A stretch of 60,074 nt of DNA, filler included, from Basidioascus undulatus (taxonomy: Eukaryota), in assembly GCA_000826855.1 (NCBI GenBank). It is 6 parts of 6 records of this genome, joined end to end, with 100 filler letters (N's around TTAATTAATTAA, not from the genome) between each part and the next. Parts side by side here need not be neighbours in the genome. Positions count along the whole stretch, not along the records: positions 33,755 to 40,265 come from JTLS01001722.1; positions 40,366 to 46,872 come from JTLS01001723.1; positions 46,973 to 53,474 come from JTLS01001724.1; 3 more parts are not named here. One strand, 5' to 3'. The position numbers and the translations under genes were made by a program. This document shows, one piece after another, positions 38,090 through 50,323 of this stretch (the first letter of the stretch is position 1; each line of letters starts with the position of its first letter). Under the pieces are notes generated by a model, which saw only the letters and a list, made by a program, of their open reading frames with translations, was not told the origin of the DNA and searched no databases.

Positions 38090-39231
38090 TCATCCTTGCA
38101 AAATGGCCTTCTTGGCCTTCTCCAGCGCCTCGTCGACCTCCTTGCCCGTCTTGTCCGTCGCCTGCTGGATCTGCATTCCCCACCGCACGGATCAGACGCT
38201 CAGACTCAGCGGCAGAACCCCCAGACACCGTGCTGCGGGGAGACGCACGAGCTTCTCCGCGCCCTTGATGTCCGCCGACGCCTTTCCCGCCTCCTCCTTC
38301 TTGATGTGCTTGAGCGCGGTCTGCCGCAGCCCGCGGATCGCGACGCGCGTCTTCTCGGCCGCCTCGGTAGCTTGGTGCACAAGCCCGTTGCGCGCTTCAG
38401 CCGTCGGGCTGCCGATCATTCGGGAGCGGTCAGTTGATGTAGTGCTGTGCTAGGGGAGAGGGAGAGGGGAGGGAAACGCACCGAGGCACCGGCATCTTGA
38501 TCGTCTTGCTGTCTATCCGCTGAGGCGTCAGGCCGAGGTTGGCGGAGAAGATGGCTTTCTCGGCGTGCTTGAGCATCTAGAGAGAGAAAGGAGTTGTCAG
38601 TTGATTTGAGAGCGAACAGACATAGCGACGATCGATGGAGAAGACGCACGTCTTCGTCGAATACGGAGACGAACAGCGTCGTCCCCTCCCGAACCGAAAT
38701 CGATGCGATAGCGTGCAGGGGATGCCGCTCTCCCTCCAGATCCACCTTGACCGGGTCCAGCAGTGCTATGGCTCCCCCCCACCGTCAGCGCATCCTCATC
38801 TGCTGCGGCCCGCGCCCAAGCAACTCACCTGGCGTGATCCTCCCTACCCTGCCCTGCATCCCTCCCAGCTCCTTCCTTAGCCGCTCCACCGCATTGTCCA
38901 TCTTCTTCCGAATATGGTCAAACTCGAGCTCGAAGCTGCCCTCGACCTCCTCCTTGGCGCCGGTGCGCTCCACGGACGCCTCGTCCCAGTCGCGCGACAT
39001 GGACTTGCTCTTCCCCTTGGTGGGGATCACGACGGTCGTGTCGCCAAAGTCGGCATCGCCTTTGGTGTCCTTGGGGGACGTCGCGCTGCCCTTGCGCCCG
39101 TTCTTCGCGGCGCTGCTCTTCTTGGTTCGGATCTGCTGCGCGAGGAGCGAGGCGGGCGGGGCGGGGAGCGCGCTGCGGGTAGGGAGGAGTGCATGCCGCG
39201 GGAGGACGCGGAGAAGTCGAGCGGGACGCAT
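38090..39231 (-). CDS. RRF1: Mitochondrial ribosome recycling factor
   Basis: Presequence-like start; KMDNAVERLRKEL..GRVGRITP-ALLDPVKV, LHAIASISVREG, EKAIFSANLGLTPQ, VPR-PTAEAR and AEKTRVAIRGLR match the RRF fold. Confidence 0.9.
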
Positions 39232-39359
39232 GTTTGAAACTGTTTGTTCAAACACAGCCAAATAATGTCAGAACATTCGTTATTTCAGGCTTATATTTCA
39301 GAGTTAACAGACGCACGAGGAGGAGCAAGGTCGTGTGCGAAGAGCAAGGGACGAAGCGA

Positions 39360-39600
39360 GAAGGCCTCCAACATCACGCGCGTCATTTTTAGTTTTTGTT
39401 CAAGATCCTCGCGAAACGGACGGAATATCGCGTGCGCCGCTTTATTCGAGTCCGCTTCTCGCCTACTGTATTATAGTATCCCGCCTGGTCTGCGCCTGCC
39501 AAACCGCCCTTAGGCACGTAATCACAAGTTGGATCAATCAACGACTCGCCTCGCTGACGCGCGCAGCCAATCAGGAATTAGCAACCCCCTTTTGTCGCTT
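39360..39600. promoter_or_regulatory. Divergent RRF1/H3 promoter region with CCAAT box and CGCG-core elements
   Basis: AGCCAATCAG (CCAAT at 39567-39571), ACGCGCGT near 39376, CGCGAAA near 39410 and TGACGCGCG near 39555; these resemble MCB/SCB-like S-phase elements upstream of a histone gene. Confidence 0.4.
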
Positions 39601-39792
39601 CGGGACTCACTCGCCTGCCGGGGTGTGATTGCACCTCAAGAACCGCGCGGGCTCTGGCTGGTCGCTCGTCTAAATCCCCACTTTCGACTCCTCGCTTCTT
39701 TCTCCTCAACCACCACCACACCACTCGCACGGCAAGTATCAAGACCCGACTTCTATTCAACAACCGACACTTCAACTTATCTTTCTACAGTA

Positions 39793-40265
<473 letters not shown>

Positions 40266-40365
40266 NNNNNNNNNNNNNNNNNNNNNNNNNNNNNNNNNNN
40301 NNNNNNNNNTTAATTAATTAANNNNNNNNNNNNNNNNNNNNNNNNNNNNNNNNNNNNNNNNNNNN
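40266..40365. other. Artificial contig spacer
   Basis: Same 100-nt block. Confidence 0.98.
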
Positions 40366-40389
40366 CCACAGAAAAGAAACAAAAGTAAA

Positions 40390-40463
40390 TGGCCACTGCA
40401 GGGGTCGAACCTGCGACTTTGGAGTTATTAGCTCCACACTCTAACCAACTGAGTTAAGCGGCC
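40390..40463 (-). tRNA. tRNA-Ile (anticodon AAT), intronless
   Basis: Reverse complement GGCCGCTTAACTCAGTTGGTTAGAGTGTGGAGCTAATAACTCCAAAGTCGCAGGTTCGACCCCTGCAGTGGCCA folds as a cloverleaf: anticodon stem TGGAG/CTCCA with loop CT-AAT-AA, T-loop GTTCGA. T-runs follow, consistent with a Pol III terminator. Confidence 0.97.
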
Positions 40464-40600
40464 AATAGAAGATTTCCATCCTTAAGCTTTATCATACTCC
40501 ACAAAAACTGGTCGATGCGACGAGCTGCGAACTCGGCGTCTAACGCATCCCTTCTTTCGTTTGCCTTTTGCGTTGCTGTTCACACCGCTTACCTGTTATA

Positions 40601-41539
40601 ATGTCGACATTACAAGACGACCTAAAAGCGCTTTTTAGCCACCTGGGATTCCGCAGCATCGCTGTATGTTTGAATTGCAGGCAGCCCAGCTCTGATCCGT
40701 GCCAACGGTCTCGACGGGAAGGGTTGTTCGAAGAAGGAGATCCAGCCCAGTATGGGGGTGTTTCAGAGGGCACGGAGTTAGAGACATTCTGTGTTGACGA
40801 GGAAGAAGAAGAGGAGATGCGTTTTCGCTGCAGTGACAGCCGACTGGAACCATGCCCTGACTTGTGTATTCGGGAGCACCAGGTCTTCTCCGCGGGCGCC
40901 ACCATCGTAGTGGGAGATTTGTTGGAAGAAGAAGTAAGGCGATGTACCAGAATTGACTTGATGCATCACACTGAAATGGCACGATGTCCAGTTCAAGGCG
41001 ACTCGGACGTATCAAGCTCCGCATCGCCGGAGGGCACTGAGCCACCAGGTCAGGGAGCCCGGTCGTACCGACTAACACATCGCACAGATCCTTTACCGGA
41101 CGGCTGGATAGAAGAGAGGGCTTGGAAAGTCTGTGAGGGTAGATCTTTGGTATGGCTAGCCGACTGTACCGGAAGATGCTAACCACTGTTCTGCAACATA
41201 CAGAGCGCAACGACAGACTTCTTCACTACTTATCGCGTGACATGGCCATGGCAGTCCTTCTGGAGCGCATAGCGCATCTAAATGATCGACCCTTGACAGT
41301 TGTAACTGGTCGAGGCAAACATTCACCGGGCGGCGTCCCCGTCCTCAAACCGTTCGTAGAGGGAGTACTTCAGAAGTGGGTTGCAACGGGATCTTCACCG
41401 TCCAAGTGCATCTGTAGCATGGCTGATCAGTCCCTTTTACAGGCTGGGCCTTCAATTCAGGGAGCGCTGGGATCAAGGTAGCTTCTCGTTGTCTGCTACT
41501 GGGAAGTCGGATGCTGCGCTTGTGCGGAAAGAATGGTGA
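40601..41539 (+). pseudogene. Smr-domain protein, probably with two Smr units and partly decayed
   Basis: Clear Smr signature LHYLSRDMAMAVLLE..LTVVTGRGKHSPGGVPVLKPFV. An upstream degenerate unit reads IDLMHH..GQGARS..WKV. The expected D-L-H motif of the second unit appears frameshifted near 41218. Confidence 0.55.
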
Positions 41540-41807
41540 ATGATGCATTGAGCGGGTTGATGGATGGCAAGAGAGAAGTGTGTGCAGGATAGGGAAAAGT
41601 GCGCCTTCCATGAAGCAGTTAGACGGGCGTCGTGAGCTCTCAAGACGTTTCGCAATTTCCCACGACGGAGTAAGCGCTCCGCTTTCAACATGCAGATGTC
41701 TGATCCGTGCTCGGCAATGACGACCTAGAAGACGCAAAGCAAGCCAGGGGTGGTGCAGATATTCCCTTCGAGAATGTCTAGTAACAGGCTCCCCATTCCC
41801 TCGGCGC

Positions 41808-42540
41808 TTAGTGCTTCTTCTCCTTCTTCTCGGCCTCGGCGATGAACTTCTTGATGAAGTCCTCCTCCTCGCTGTAGTCGTAGCGGTGATAGGGGACCGG
41901 CGGAAGGCATTTCGGGACGGCGTAGGGTCAATGCGAGGCGACGCGATGGAGAATCGAGGCGGCGATATGGGCGGTGGTGGGTGCGCGGAGGTGATCGATA
42001 GGAGAGAGTGTCGCGGAAGGGGAATGTTTAGTATGAGAGGGGTGATATTCGGTCAGCCTCTTATCCCCAGCGTGCATGCACAAGTCTCCGTTGCGTCATG
42101 ACGGCCTCCTAGCACAGCCGGCTCCTCCTCCCCAGCTTGCCAACGCCCCGAAGCCGCGAATTCAAGGGAGAGACCGTATATGACACAGGGATGGGACTCA
42201 CGCAGACGAGGTAGCAGGCTTCTTAGGCTCGGCCTCCTTCTTCTCGCCGCCCGTGGCCAGTGCAGCAAGCGCGCCAGTGAGGGCGATGGTGCCGCTGTAA
42301 GGTCCCTCTCTCCACATCAGCCCATTCTCATACAGAAGCAGTCGTTTGGAAGGGACGCACAGAGCAAGGTACTCGTTCTTAACGGCGCGGCCGGCGATTT
42401 GGCTGTGCCCCGCCAGTCAGGTCAGCCTGAGATCGATTACGAAAGCTGCATGCAGCGAGCAGCAGCGAAAGCTGGGCCAACCATGTCGTTCAAGACGACG
42501 TTGAGCCCAGCGTGAGCATGCTCGAGACGCACTAAGACAT
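41808..42540 (-). CDS. ATP19: Mitochondrial ATP synthase subunit k (absent from the ORF track; four small exons)
   Basis: Spliced MSY-QIAGRAVKNEYLAL-GTIALTGALAALATGGEKKEAEPKKPATSS-AEEEDFIKKFIAEAEKKEKKH*, with canonical GT-AG introns in consistent phase. Confidence 0.85.
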
Positions 42541-42976
42541 GGCGTAAGTAAAGGACGAGGCGAGGGTAAGCTGGCAGGCGGGAGTGCTGGACGCGAAGAC
42601 GCCGTTGAACGCCCCGGCGCAGCGCGGCGCTTTCGGCCCCGGCCCATGAATTCAGGAACCGCCGACATTCTCTTGGAGTTAGTACCTGTTTGTCTTTTCC
42701 TCCTTCATTTCGCTCTGGGGTATCTGTACAGTTTTTTTCAATGTAGAAACTTTGCGCAGAGTTCATGAGTAATACCAAAACGCCTCCAAAAACGCGTGAA
42801 ATCCACCATGCTGCTCTGACGGTACTTCCCCTGGCTGTGATAGCGCGTGCTTTACTAGGTATTGGTCTTCATCAAGCTCCTCAACGCAAGGTAAATATCC
42901 GAAAATCATAGTTCATGATGTCTAGGTAGGCAGGTCCAACGTTATAAGGCTGCAACGACGGTGCATACGCGCAGTG

Positions 42977-45534
42977 CTACGCCTCCGTCACTGCCCACTT
43001 GAGAATCCCACCCACTGCGCCCGCAAGGATGGCGACGGGTGGGGGAAGTTTGACGGCGTCATCGCATGCAACGAATGCGAATGCGGCGAGGACGCCCCAC
43101 CAGCCGTCGGAGGACAGGCTGAGGCTGGACCGACTGCCGTTAATGCTGTTGCGGACTGCGTTGTCGTGGGTGGTTTCAGTTAGTAACGCCCATGACATCT
43201 TCGACGCTCTCATCCACACTCACCAACACCCTGGTTGAACAAGCGCCAAGTGGCAGCGTAGATAAGCCCTACAGCGCCAGCAGTGATTCCGCGAAGAACG
43301 GAGCGCGTGGCACGCTTGGTGCGTAGGCTGCCGTAAATGCTGCAACAATGCGCTGTCAATAATGAATGGTCTTCACGGGAGCTCTGAAAATACGCACGGC
43401 AGGACAGCCAGCTGCAGAATCAGTCCGGGTGCGAAGAGAGCTACCAAACCCAAGAACGCTCCAAGCGGCGGGTTATACGGCAGAGTGAGGATTCCGCTGC
43501 AGCGACAGATCAGCCTGCTTTACCTGGATGTCGAAGGTAGGGGAACGGCCCTTACAGGAATGCAGCAAAGTTGAAGAAAGGGCCTGAGACGCGTAACAGA
43601 AAATCAGCCTCTCATCCCCCACGCCAGCAGAGCCTTTCCCTAACTCACCAGGAAGAGCTTGCAGAATGGCGAAGCCGAAGAGGAAGGCGGAGGCGTCGAC
43701 CTTTATTACAGCAACACGTCAGAAAGCTAGCAGCAAGGTAGAATTGACTGACGACGTACGTATCCAGCGTCAACGGTATAGCCTCGCAGCAGAGGAATAA
43801 CAACGGGTCCGCCACCGAAAATGATGGTGCCTGTACGAGCAAGAGTGAGAACTTCAGCACTACGAAAGGCAGCAGTTTTAACGCACCGACAATCATAAAG
43901 TTGCAGAACATGTCATACGCCCGATTGAAAGGTACCGCAGCGCGGATACCGAGCAGGACCGCGAAGGCGACGACGAACGCGACGAGCCTGAATATAACTG
44001 TGAGCATACGCGGACGAAGATGTCTGTGGGACACGTACGCAGCAATGCCGCCCTTGAGGCCTAGGCCGAACGTCCTGACCTTCCCTCTCTGCTCTTCTTC
44101 CTCCTCTGCAGAATGCTGCACAGAAGCGATCGAAGGCGTTGCCGATGCACCTTCCGCTGTAACCTTTGACGTCGTGGAGGGGCGACGCTGGCGCGGGCCG
44201 ACCTCGTTAAGGACCACGGGCGGGGGAGGGGTGATTCCCGCATTGGGCGCCGACGACGTCTGGTTCATGGGCGACAGCGCGATCTCCTCAGCCGCCGCGC
44301 TCTGGGGGCGATCTTCGGGCTCGGGGGTGTGCGGTTGGCGCTGGCGCTCCTTTTTGGCCAGGTATGCCTCGCGGCGCGGCTTAAGCTCGTCGTGCAGATA
44401 GGCTTAAAGGCCCTTGGCTGGTGAGCGCTGCTGTCGCAAGGAGTAGACGGGAAATGGGAGACTCACTGACGATGCCAGCACCGACCATCATCACCTGAAA
44501 AGCGTAGGAAGGCGTGAGCTGCTGGACGAATTGAGCATGCTTGATCACGAACCGGAAACAGCCATTCCGAGCTGTAGCACGTCGTGGCTGCAGACTCAAT
44601 GGCCAAGCAATGAGTTGTAGCTTCGTTCCATTCAAGGTTAACAGCCGGGATCCCTACCTGCCGCCGAGATGAACAGCATCGCCCGGCTAACATGGTCCGT
44701 AATGGCCTTCTTGGACAGCTGATAGGCAGCAAGGGCGATAAGGCCGACAGCGGCTGAGTTGAGTCCGGTACTGTGAGAGCAGTTGATCAGCCGAGCGCAC
44801 GAAGGAGCCAGACGTGAACCGAGGGCGCACAAGAGGTTGAGAACGATCGAAGGCAGCTCAGAGGGAATCTCGCGCACGCCGTAACCGAGTCTGTCGATCC
44901 AGGATCAGATTGTGCAAATATTTTTCGGATAGTCGGGAGAGACATGTCCTTACGCAATCATGGCGATGGAACCAGGGAACGTGCCGAGCACGAACGCCCA
45001 GAGCCCGCAGAGAAGACCACCTCGCACCAGCGCGACGGTGAACGTCAGCTGGGAGAAGGCCGGACCCGGAAGAGTAGAAGAGATGGCAAAGAAGTCGGCA
45101 AAGCTGAAGGACACGGTTAAGAATATCAGCGAGGTGCGTGAGATTGAGCAGAAGCAGACGAGTCCGCGCGTACGTGTTATCGTCGAGCCATTTCTTGTTG
45201 TTCACGAACATGCGCCGGAGGTACTACGGGCACATATTTCAGTCTATCTCGCATTACACGGGATTATGACGGTTGAGACACGTACCACAATATTAGCCGA
45301 GGGACTGCCGCCGCGACCAGGTTAGCGAACACGCTCGCACTACTCGAGAACAACCAACGCTCACCCTCCGAAGGTCTACATGGCCAGCATCGGTTCAGTC
45401 AAGCTACAAGCAGGGACATCATGAGAAGCAGCGCGCACTGTGAAACCGAACGCCCAGAATGCCTTTGTGCACTCGACGAAGCGCAGGAAGAGCGAGTCAT
45501 TGTTCTGCAGCGCGAGAGCGCGGCTAGGATCCAT
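42977..45534 (-). CDS. Chromate transporter (CHR family, long bidomain form), many introns
   Basis: AFGFT-TFGG-PSANIV, FVNNKKWLDD, STLPGP, GLNSAAVGLIALAAYQLSKKAITD, a second repeat FGGGPVVIPLLRGYTV, ALPGPFFNF and LRGITAGAVGLIY. Confidence 0.9.
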
Positions 45535-46014
45535 CTTGAGAGCGGCTCAGGCTACCTTGACAGCGATGTGGGCGAGGGGCGTGAGGCAACAAGCATGGCG
45601 CTGGCACCGCGCATTCAACGCATAAAAAGCAGCGATCGCCCAAGCCCTGCCATCCGTTCGTGGCTTGGCTGGCATTTGAAAACGGGGAACTGCTCAATAC
45701 CGGCCAATGATCGCGTCTCTGAATGACGCACGAGGCAATTTGAAATTGACCGTCTGTCCTCAAGAGGTGGCGTGCGCATGGACGACCTTGGGGGAGCGTC
45801 TTTTCCAGCTCCTTCGGTTTCTTATGCACTTGTCTGCATCGGCCGACTCCATGCACACCCACACATGAAATGTAGAAAAAAGGAGACATGCTTGTAGTAG
45901 CGAGCTACCCAACTAACGAAAAAAATGACAACTTCTCATTACATCCGTCGACAATCTCCCCCCTCACTTCTCTTTCTTTTCATCCACCCCCTCTCTCGTA
46001 TGGTGCTCCCAGAT

Positions 46015-46872
46015 CTAGCCCAGAAGACGAATCAGCTCTGCGAGTGCGCGCACAACCGGAAGTCGAATGTCAGTTGAGCGACCAAGGAAGTGAGGCTGGT
46101 GAAGAAAGACGCACGCTTGATGCCGGTAGCCCACCGCGTGTCCGCGCCGTGCTTGAGCAGGTCAACGTGCATGGCGACCGCCGCGGCGTAGTCCTTCGCG
46201 TCGAGGGCTGCAGAGAATAAAGGCATCAGTCAATTTTCCATTCAATCAGACGCACAGGGAAACCGCGAAGACGACGACGCACCTCGTGAGAGCTCTGTGA
46301 GGATCTCGAGCAGGATGGGCGGGGCGACGCTCTCGGCGTTGAGCGCGTCAAAGAGCGTGTTGAGCCGGCTCGCCGTGTCGTCGATGATTCGCTTTTGTTG
46401 AGGCTGCTCGTCCCACCGACCATCATCAGCATTCGGCCATTCAATCCACAAGACTGCACGCGTTGCCCAATACTCACAGGAGCCGTCGCCCGCGCGCGCT
46501 CAAGCTCGCGCGAAAGCGTCTCAAAGATCGGGCGTTGCGCAGCGGGGATGTGCGAGCGGTCGCCGGGCGCTGTAAGACCGCACGCTACTAATCAGCATTT
46601 ACATTCTCAGGCATTGGAAAGAGCCGCTTGCGACTCACTGAACTTGGGATGCGCAGGCTCCTTCTTGGGCGGCTCAGGCGGGGTGGACGGTGAGCGCCCG
46701 CTGGCGGGCGACGGCGGGCGAGCGACGGGCGGGGACGCGACGCCGGGCGGGAGAGCGTAAGGGTTGGGGGGCGCAGCCTGGGGCGGCGCCTGCGACTGGG
46801 GCGGGGGCGCGTACGGGCTCGCGCTGGGTACTGTGTTCCGGGAGAAGGGGTAAGCGGGAGGAGGATGGAAGG
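46015..46872 (-). CDS. SEC31: COPII coat protein Sec31, C-terminal part (5' part beyond spacer)
   Basis: Pro-rich region then PGDRSHIPAAQRPIFETLS..QQKRIIDDTASRLNTLFDALN..ALDAKDYAAAVAMHVDLL..WATGIKQLI, the fungal Sec31 C-terminal domain. Confidence 0.9.
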
Positions 46873-46972
46873 NNNNNNNNNNNNNNNNNNNNNNNNNNNN
46901 NNNNNNNNNNNNNNNNTTAATTAATTAANNNNNNNNNNNNNNNNNNNNNNNNNNNNNNNNNNNNNNNNNNNN
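46873..46972. other. Artificial contig spacer
   Basis: Same 100-nt block. Confidence 0.98.
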
Positions 46973-47365
46973 CGCCCTCCGCCTTCTCTGTCGACCTCCC
47001 CGCGCTCACGCACCGCTCGCTCTCCCTCGACCCTGCGCCGACGCTCGCGTTCGGCGCGTCAGACGGCTCCTTGTCGTCCTGGAACGATCCCCCCGGTCGA
47101 GATCCGTTCGGCTCGTCGACGGCGTCGGGCCTCAGCTTCGGCGACGGCTCGCTTAGCTTTGGTGGTGCGGACGGCGCGCTCAGTTTTGGTGCGACGGACG
47201 GCACGCTCAGCTTTGGAGGGGCGAACGGGGAGATCTCGGCTTGGGGCTCGAGTGCGGAGAAGAAGAGGGACGATCCGTGGTCCAAGTGCGTCTTGCTCAG
47301 TCTACCGTGTCATTTCTCTCAAAGACAGCTGGCTGACCGCTCGTTTGCTCCTCAGTCCATGGTGA
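46973..47365 (+). CDS. 3' end of an unknown protein with LSFG repeats
   Basis: ..PTLAFGASDGSLSSW..GLSFGDGSLSFGGADGALSFGATDGTLSFGGANGEI..DDPWS | NPW*, with a final intron starting GTGCGT near 47286. Confidence 0.55.
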   Translation, partial: RPPPSLSTSPRSRTARSPSTLRRRSRSARQTAPCRPGTIPPVEIRSARRRRRASASATARLALVVRTARSVLVRRTARSALEGRTGRSRLGARVRRRRGTIRGPSASCSVYRVISLKDSWLTARLLLSPW

Positions 47366-47588
47366 CCACCCCGTCAACTCTTCCTATCCTATTCACTGTT
47401 GTGGACTTTCTCGCGCTGTCCTTACCCCTGACTTTGTCGCATTCGGACCTTTCCTCATCGCGTCCTGCTACTCTACCATTGCACTGCTCTCGTGCCCTTT
47501 CACACTTCCATCCTTCATTCCGCATTCGCATCGCATGGATTCTATAATCGCCTCGAGTATGACTGCATGTGCCGCAATGCGGAGAGCT

Positions 47589-48202
47589 TCATGAGCCGCG
47601 GTAGGTCGTGTAGGACGCTGGAGAAAGGAGGAGGGGAATCTGAGGGAGTGCAAGGGATTTGAGCACGTTCAAGGGTGGTTGGAGGAGAGGGACCGAGGGA
47701 CCGACGTGGTAGTGCTCTGAGGGGTTCTCGATCTGGAAGATGATCTGCAAAGCAGCGCAGCGTAAGCCATGCTTCCGAGAAGTCCTTGGGATCTGGACTT
47801 GCCTCCACGCGCGGATAGAACGTCGCCTGCCCCTTCTTCTCCCAATACTCCCCCACATCAAACACTGCCTTATAAACGCCCCGCTGCGGCCGGTTCTCGA
47901 GCAGGTGCGCAAGGATAGTCTTCACGCGCCCGTCCGAGTCCGTCTCGCTGTTCCTCCTCGCGCTCGCTCAGCGTCAACGTCTGCTTTGCGGAAGAGTAGA
48001 AGAGCGGATGTACGCGGATCCAAGGTGCAGTGGTGCGCTGGGATGCGCGAGCGAGTAGAGCGCGACGCGCACGCCGGGCGCGGGCCGGCCGGAGAGGGCG
48101 TCGAGCACTGGAGGAGGGGAGAGAGACGTCAGCACGGCGAGGTCGGGAGGGAGAATGGGCGAACGGCCCACCGTGTGCTGTGATGGGACTCGTTTCCGTC
48201 AT
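47589..48202 (-). CDS. 5-hydroxyisourate hydrolase (transthyretin-like)
   Basis: SPITAH-VLDALSGRPAPGV, TDSDGRV, GVYKAVFDVGEYW..TFYPRVE, HYHV-PLLLSP and the diagnostic C-terminal YTTYRGS*. Confidence 0.95.
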
Positions 48203-48889
48203 GTTTGCCTTGTTAATTGTGTGCGATTTCGGGAGAGAAACAAGGAAGGAACAAGGACGGAGGACGAGAAGGTGAACGGCGAGGGCGGCGCGTGGGAATC
48301 GTCGTCACTGGCAGGCGGCGATAAGAAGACCGCAACTCCGGCTGCGTCTGAACTTCTGAAGTTGTAGACCGCCTTCCACCACCGAAGAGACTTCCTCTGC
48401 ATGTGCTTGTTAAAAGGATGGATCTGTAAGGAAAGAAGTAAACGCTGAGGGAGCTGCCGGCTTCCGACAGTCAACGCCGGCAAAAGCGCACTTTCCGATT
48501 CTGTTCAGCCCACTGAAGTGATGTTCCCCTTGAGGATGAGACCTAACAAATGCGAGCGTGCAAATTTTGAGCAAGTCTGGCCAGCCAGCTGGCTAGCTGG
48601 TACCAGTCTCAGTCGAGCTCAGTCCTGACATGCATCCCTGGCGTCAACTGGACCTTGATCTCTGCTGAAAACTCCGGTCTGGCTTTGATATTCATGAGGG
48701 TATCCCTGAAGTACAGATTCCTTCAAGTTATAGTGTGGCGAGGGTATTCACCACAACACCCCAGAGGCAACGTCCGCCGCATCAAAACAGCTTGAAGACA
48801 TACAGAGCTCTGCACTACGACTGAGATGAAATCCACGTTGGTATGTACCTTACCTCCGACTGAAAACTCTCAAAACAATGTCATCAGGA

Positions 48890-49892
48890 ATGTCTTCCAA
48901 GGCTCAAAGTGCACATATAATGCTATCCGATGCGGATCCACATTCTGCGCTCTGCGCTACGCCCACTCCAACCCACTCACACGAATGTGCACCGGTTTGC
49001 AATCACACACGAAGTACCCAACATGCCACCTTCTGTTCATCCCGACTTTTTAGACAAGGGCGCCGGGCTTACCCTCCTTTCATCGGGCGAAGTGACGTTT
49101 CACGTTTCCCCCCGTCTTCTATCGCTCGATCGCCCCGGACTCACATCGGCCCTTCGATAGAGCCGCAAATGTCAACGGAAGCACTGGACGGCACACAAGA
49201 AGGACTTGCCTCGAGATCCAAAACAAGGTCCTCGACGCAACGATCCTTCTCAATCCAAGCTCCCGCATGGGCTGACGACAGAGTGGACGCGCAAGTACCA
49301 GCCGATGCTCAACTCCGTCATCTGCCGTGCCTTCAGCACCGCGGGCCTTGACGAAGACGGCGCAATCACCAAGGACTGGGTGCTTCAAATGGCGGGAAGG
49401 TGCATTTGCGTGTGTTCCGACCGCGCCTGGGACTCAAGAGCTGATCCTGGATCGATCTGCAGGCGACCAGCTCATTCAAAAACGGTTTACGATCGACGAC
49501 GGCATGACGCAACTTATGCCATTTGCGCTGGATGGAACGCTACCTGGCTGTGACGGGCTTCAGAGGCAGCGCGACCAGGCCGAACGGGAGTCGCGCCACA
49601 TCCCTGGGTTCCTTGGGGCGTTGATGGTGGTGATGCAAGTCTCGGATTATGTGAAGTCCCAGCTCGATGTAAAGTGCTGATATGGCGCAGATGGCGCAGG
49701 CTCCCGTACGTTGCCTGCCTGTCCGCTACCACCCCCGCATCAGTCGCTGACCTGACCGTCGACCAGTGGGTGATCTCGAACCGCTTCTCGACCATTGTGG
49801 ACATGAGCGCGGTCCGTAACGCCGTGGCGCCCGAGTTGCGGCCTTGGAAGGAGAAGTTGGCGGAAACGGTCGAGCAAGCACTCGTCCGTTGA
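48890..49892 (+). pseudogene. MYND-type zinc-finger protein, finger apparently degraded
   Basis: SRKCQRKHWTAHKKD (about 49160-49205) matches the MYND end C..CQ..HW..HK. The upstream CTG(C)..TKY is disrupted by small insertions. Helical exons follow (EWTRKYQPML..; ..WKEKLAETVEQALVR*). The start is uncertain. Confidence 0.5.
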
Positions 49893-50323
49893 AGATTGTT
49901 ACGCGGACGTCGCGCTTCTTTATCTCCTTTCGCTTAACATGGACTTGGGATATTCGGATTCGCAAACATACCCTTTTACTGAATTCGTCTTCCTGCGTTG
50001 AACATCCACTGAGAGCGGACTTCTGCGCTTGCGCTCCCGTTCGACGAGCTTTATCTGCCCCATCCAGATGGAGCGCCTACGTGACACCCATACCATGTGC
50101 CGGACATTTATTCACAAAGAGCATAACGGCTGCCTCGGCATCAGCCCATTCCACACGTCGCGCGTAAGATATGATATGCATTGCGGGTCGTGAACGAAGT
50201 CGTGAAAGGGGGAATCGCGATAAGGGTATCGTTGCAAGATGTGTAGAATAAACTCAGAGAACCCGGAAATGATGGGAAAAAGCTATGATAAAAAGGAAGC
50301 AGGAGTCGCGATCACGAGGCGTT

